Below the pieces are notes generated by a model. It was not told where the DNA came from. It did not search any database and worked only from the letters and a program-made list of their open reading frames with translations. From positions 199,270,001 to 199,334,000 of the forward strand of contig NC_086100.1 in assembly GCF_963921235.1 (NCBI RefSeq): DNA of 64,000 nt, read 5' to 3'. How positions within the stretch are numbered: position 1 is the stretch's first letter; each line of letters begins with the position of its first letter. This DNA is from Mobula hypostoma (Eukaryota). Shown here in pieces: positions 61,000-64,000 of the stretch. Both the position numbers and the translations under genes were made by a program.

Positions 61000-62140
61000 G
61001 GTGAATGTGAAACTGTGAGGCGGGAGGGGGAGGTAAAGAGTTGGGAAGTTGATTGGTAGAAGAGTTACAAGGCTGGAGAAATGGAATCTAATCGGAGAGG
61101 ACAGAAGACCATGGAAGAAAGGAGAGGGGGAGGGACACCAGAGGGAGGGGATGGGCAGGTATGGAGATATGTTAAGGGAGGGGAAAAAAGGATGGGGAAT
61201 GGTGAAGGGGTGGGCATCACTGGGAGTTTGAGAAATCGATGTTCATGCCATCAGGTTGGAGGCTGCCCAGATGGAATATGAGGTGTTGCTCCTCCAACCT
61301 GAATGTGGCCTCGTCGTGGCAGAAGAGGACGCTATGGACTGACATGTCGGAATGGGAATGGGATTGGGTAGATGCTCCTCCCGGCACTTATCCTTGCAAG
61401 CGGAACAAGTCCTACACCTCCTCCCTCATTCAGGGCCCCAAACAGTCCTACCAGGTGAGGCGATACTTCACCTGTGAGTCTGCTGGGGGTATATACTGTG
61501 CTCCTGGTGCGGCCTCCTGTCTATCGGTGAGACCCGACGCAGACCGGGAGACCATTTCACCGAGCACCTACACTCCGTCTGTCAGAATAAGTGGGATCTC
61601 CCAGTGGCCACCCATTTTATTTCCACTTCCCATTTCCATTCCGATATGTCAGGCCACGGCCGCCTGTACTGTTGCGATGAGGTCACACGCAGGTTGGAGG
61701 AACAACACCTTATATTCTGTTTATGTAGCCTCCAAATTGATGGGATGAACATTAATTTCTCAAACTTCTCATAAACCCCCCAACCCCCTCCTTCACCATT
61801 CCCCATTCCTATTACCCTCTCTCACCTTACCTCCTTACCTGCCCATCACCTCCCTCAGGTGCCCCCCCTTCCCTCTCTTCCATGGCCTTCTGTCCTCTCC
61901 TATTAGATTCCTCTTTCTCCAGCCCTGTTTCTCTTTCACAAATCAACTTTCCAACTCTTTACTTCATCCCTCCCGTCCTCCCAGTTTCATCTATCACTTC
62001 CTATTTCTCTCTCCCCTCCCCCCACTTTTTAACTCTGATTCCTCATCTTTTTTTGTCCAGTCCCGCTGTAGGATCTCGGCCTGAATCGTCGATTGCATTC
62101 TTCTCCATAGATGCCGCCTGGTCTGCTGAGTTCCTCCAGT

Positions 62141-62188
<48 letters not shown>

Positions 62189-62232
62189 GTGGCGGCGGCT
62201 TGGATTTCCAGCATCTGCAGATTTTCTCGTTT
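61000..62232 (+). mobile_element. Penelope-like element: inverted 3' copy (about 61000-61365), then degenerate GIY-YIG endonuclease (61370-61770) and pseudo-LTR with decayed hammerhead
   Basis: PGTYPC, FTCES.G.IYC, IGETRRR..D.F.EH, PVA.HF, RRLEEQHLIF and GMNINFSNF motifs. Confidence 0.8.
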
Positions 62233-63529
62233 GTGTAAAGTTAATCTTTCATCATTATCTTCTCTCACCCAGCAGAGGGAGCCAACCTCCCTATGTTTGC
62301 TCCCAGATTTACACGGCTGAAATCGATAGATCTGTGGACTCAGCAAGAATCAGTGACTATGCCTGGGGAGTGAGGGGAACATGGGATGAGTCACTACCCC
62401 TTGAATGGAACAGCCAAATTGCCTGCTACTTCTACATTCCTGGTCTTTGTCACTCAACAGGACTGTGGACAAACATCCTGGCTGGTCAGGTTCCCAACTG
62501 TTTCACATCGGGGTGGGACATCACTGACCAATTAGAGTGCAGCCACAGATGAGCGAAATGACCTCCCTAGGCAACCCCAATGTGGGGAAGCATTGCGGCT
62601 CTCCTTCCCATCTGAGAACATGTTAACGGGTAATCTAAGGACGGGGAGATGGTGGGGAGGAAATATTTGGGGGGGGGGGAGAGTACATTCCTCACAGGGA
62701 AGTCCACACTTGGAATTCAGTTCAGGGACCAAGTCATTGGGTATATTTAAAGTGGAGGTTGAATGGGGGTGGGGGACTGTGGGCGCAAAGGTTACAGGGA
62801 GAAGGCAGGAGAATGTGGTTGAGAGTGAAGCTAAAATTAGCCATGATGGAGTAGACTCGATGGGCCAAAAGACCTAATTTTGCCCTTATGTCTTATGGCC
62901 TTATAAATACCATAGAAGGAATAGTTCTTCCTCAGCTGTTGTGTGAGTCAAGACCTGCACTGATGTGCGTGCGGACTCTTCACTGTCCTCGGAACTGGTT
63001 CAGTCAGGGCTCTCAATCTTTTTTTATTGGAAGGGTGCACATGGACTCCAGGTTGGGAAGCCCTGGTAGAGGAATCCGGTTACATAGCTTGTCTGATATT
63101 CCACGTTGCATCAATAACAGAGGTAGATCCCAAAATATTCGCTCAACTACTCTGAAAAGAATCCTTCCCCCAGTCACCAGGAGTGCATTATTGAGGGCGA
63201 CGAGGAACTGCGAGGTACAGAACATATCAATGTGTTGTTCATCATCACAGCTTACCAATCAACACAATCTTCCCATCCCATATCACCATCCAGTTTCAAG
63301 ACCTGGGCCTCTGTATCCTCTGCAACTGGATCCTGGTAGACCACAGTCAGTGCGAACTCAACATTTCCTCCTCTTTGACCATCCACACAGGCACCACAAG
63401 GCTGTGTGCTTATCCCCACTTCTCTCCGCTCTATACACGCGACTATGGCTAAGCACAGGTCCAATGCCATCTTCAAATCCTCCAACCCCATCACTGTTGG
63501 CCAAAGAAAGAAAGCCAGGATGTGCTGAC

Positions 63530-64000
63530 ATTGGAGAGAGATCTGACAGAGGAGGTTCACGAGAATGATTTCGGGAATGAAAGGGTTACCATATGAGGAT
63601 CGATTGATGCTCTGGGTCTGTATTGACTGGAATTCAGAAGAATGAGAGGGGATCTCATTGAAACCTATGGAATGTTGAAAGGCCTCGGTAGAGTGGATGT
63701 GGAGAGGATGTTTCCTGTGGTGGGACTGTCTAGGACCAGAGGGTACAGCCTCAGAACAGAGGGGAATCCTTTTAGAATGGAGATGAGGAGAAATTTCTTT
63801 AGCCAGAGAGTGGTGAATCTGTAGAAGTTGCTGCCACAAAAGTCTGTGGAGGCCAAGTCATTGGGTGTATTTATGGCAGGAGTTGATAGATTCATGATTG
63901 GCCAGGGCATGAAGGGATGCGGAGAGAAGGCAGGAGATTGGGGCCAAGAGGTAAATGGATCAGCCATGACGAAATGGTGGAGCAGACTCGATGGGCCAAA
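63530..64000 (+). mobile_element. CR1 3' fragment running off the window
   Basis: MRGDLIETY...RNFFSQRVVNL followed by the 3' UTR. Confidence 0.85.

Noticed and set aside
62148..63568. ORFs of 134 and 226 aa near the right end
   Set aside because: They start in a (TG)n tract or run through Rex1/CR1 remnants; no recognisable domain.

Overview
Vertebrate nuclear DNA, very probably from a cartilaginous fish (ray or shark; inferred from the CR1, V-SINE, Penelope and Rex1 repeat spectrum). The only host gene I can support is the 5' part of ZNF638 (NP220; MATR3/RBM20/ZNF638 family) on the minus strand. It has a CpG-island exon 1 ending at 38748, a 1138-nt exon 2 (13272-12135) and a 62-nt exon 3 (1951-1890) that completes the matrin-type zinc finger. 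The rest is transposon-dense: two near full-length CR1 LINEs, two Tc1 transposons (one Sleeping Beauty-like), Gypsy and BEL/Pao remnants, Penelope fragments with hammerhead ribozymes, Vingi/Rex1/RTE/hAT pieces, SINEs and minisatellites. Three hypotheses stand out. (1) The exon 2 '5' UTR' is an open, AUG-free frame resembling the RBM20 leucine-rich region, and it splices in frame to an AUU in perfect Kozak context in exon 1, giving a candidate 99-aa non-AUG N-terminal extension. (2) Exons 2+3 total exactly 1200 nt with no stop when circularised and are bracketed by a near-identical inverted duplication, giving a candidate rolling-circle-translated circRNA. (3) Both CR1 copies have an in-frame U_UUA_AAC slippery site at the ORF1 stop, which would fuse ORF1 to ORF2 (no conserved AUG) by -1 frameshifting. 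All homology calls are from recognition by eye; no searches were run.
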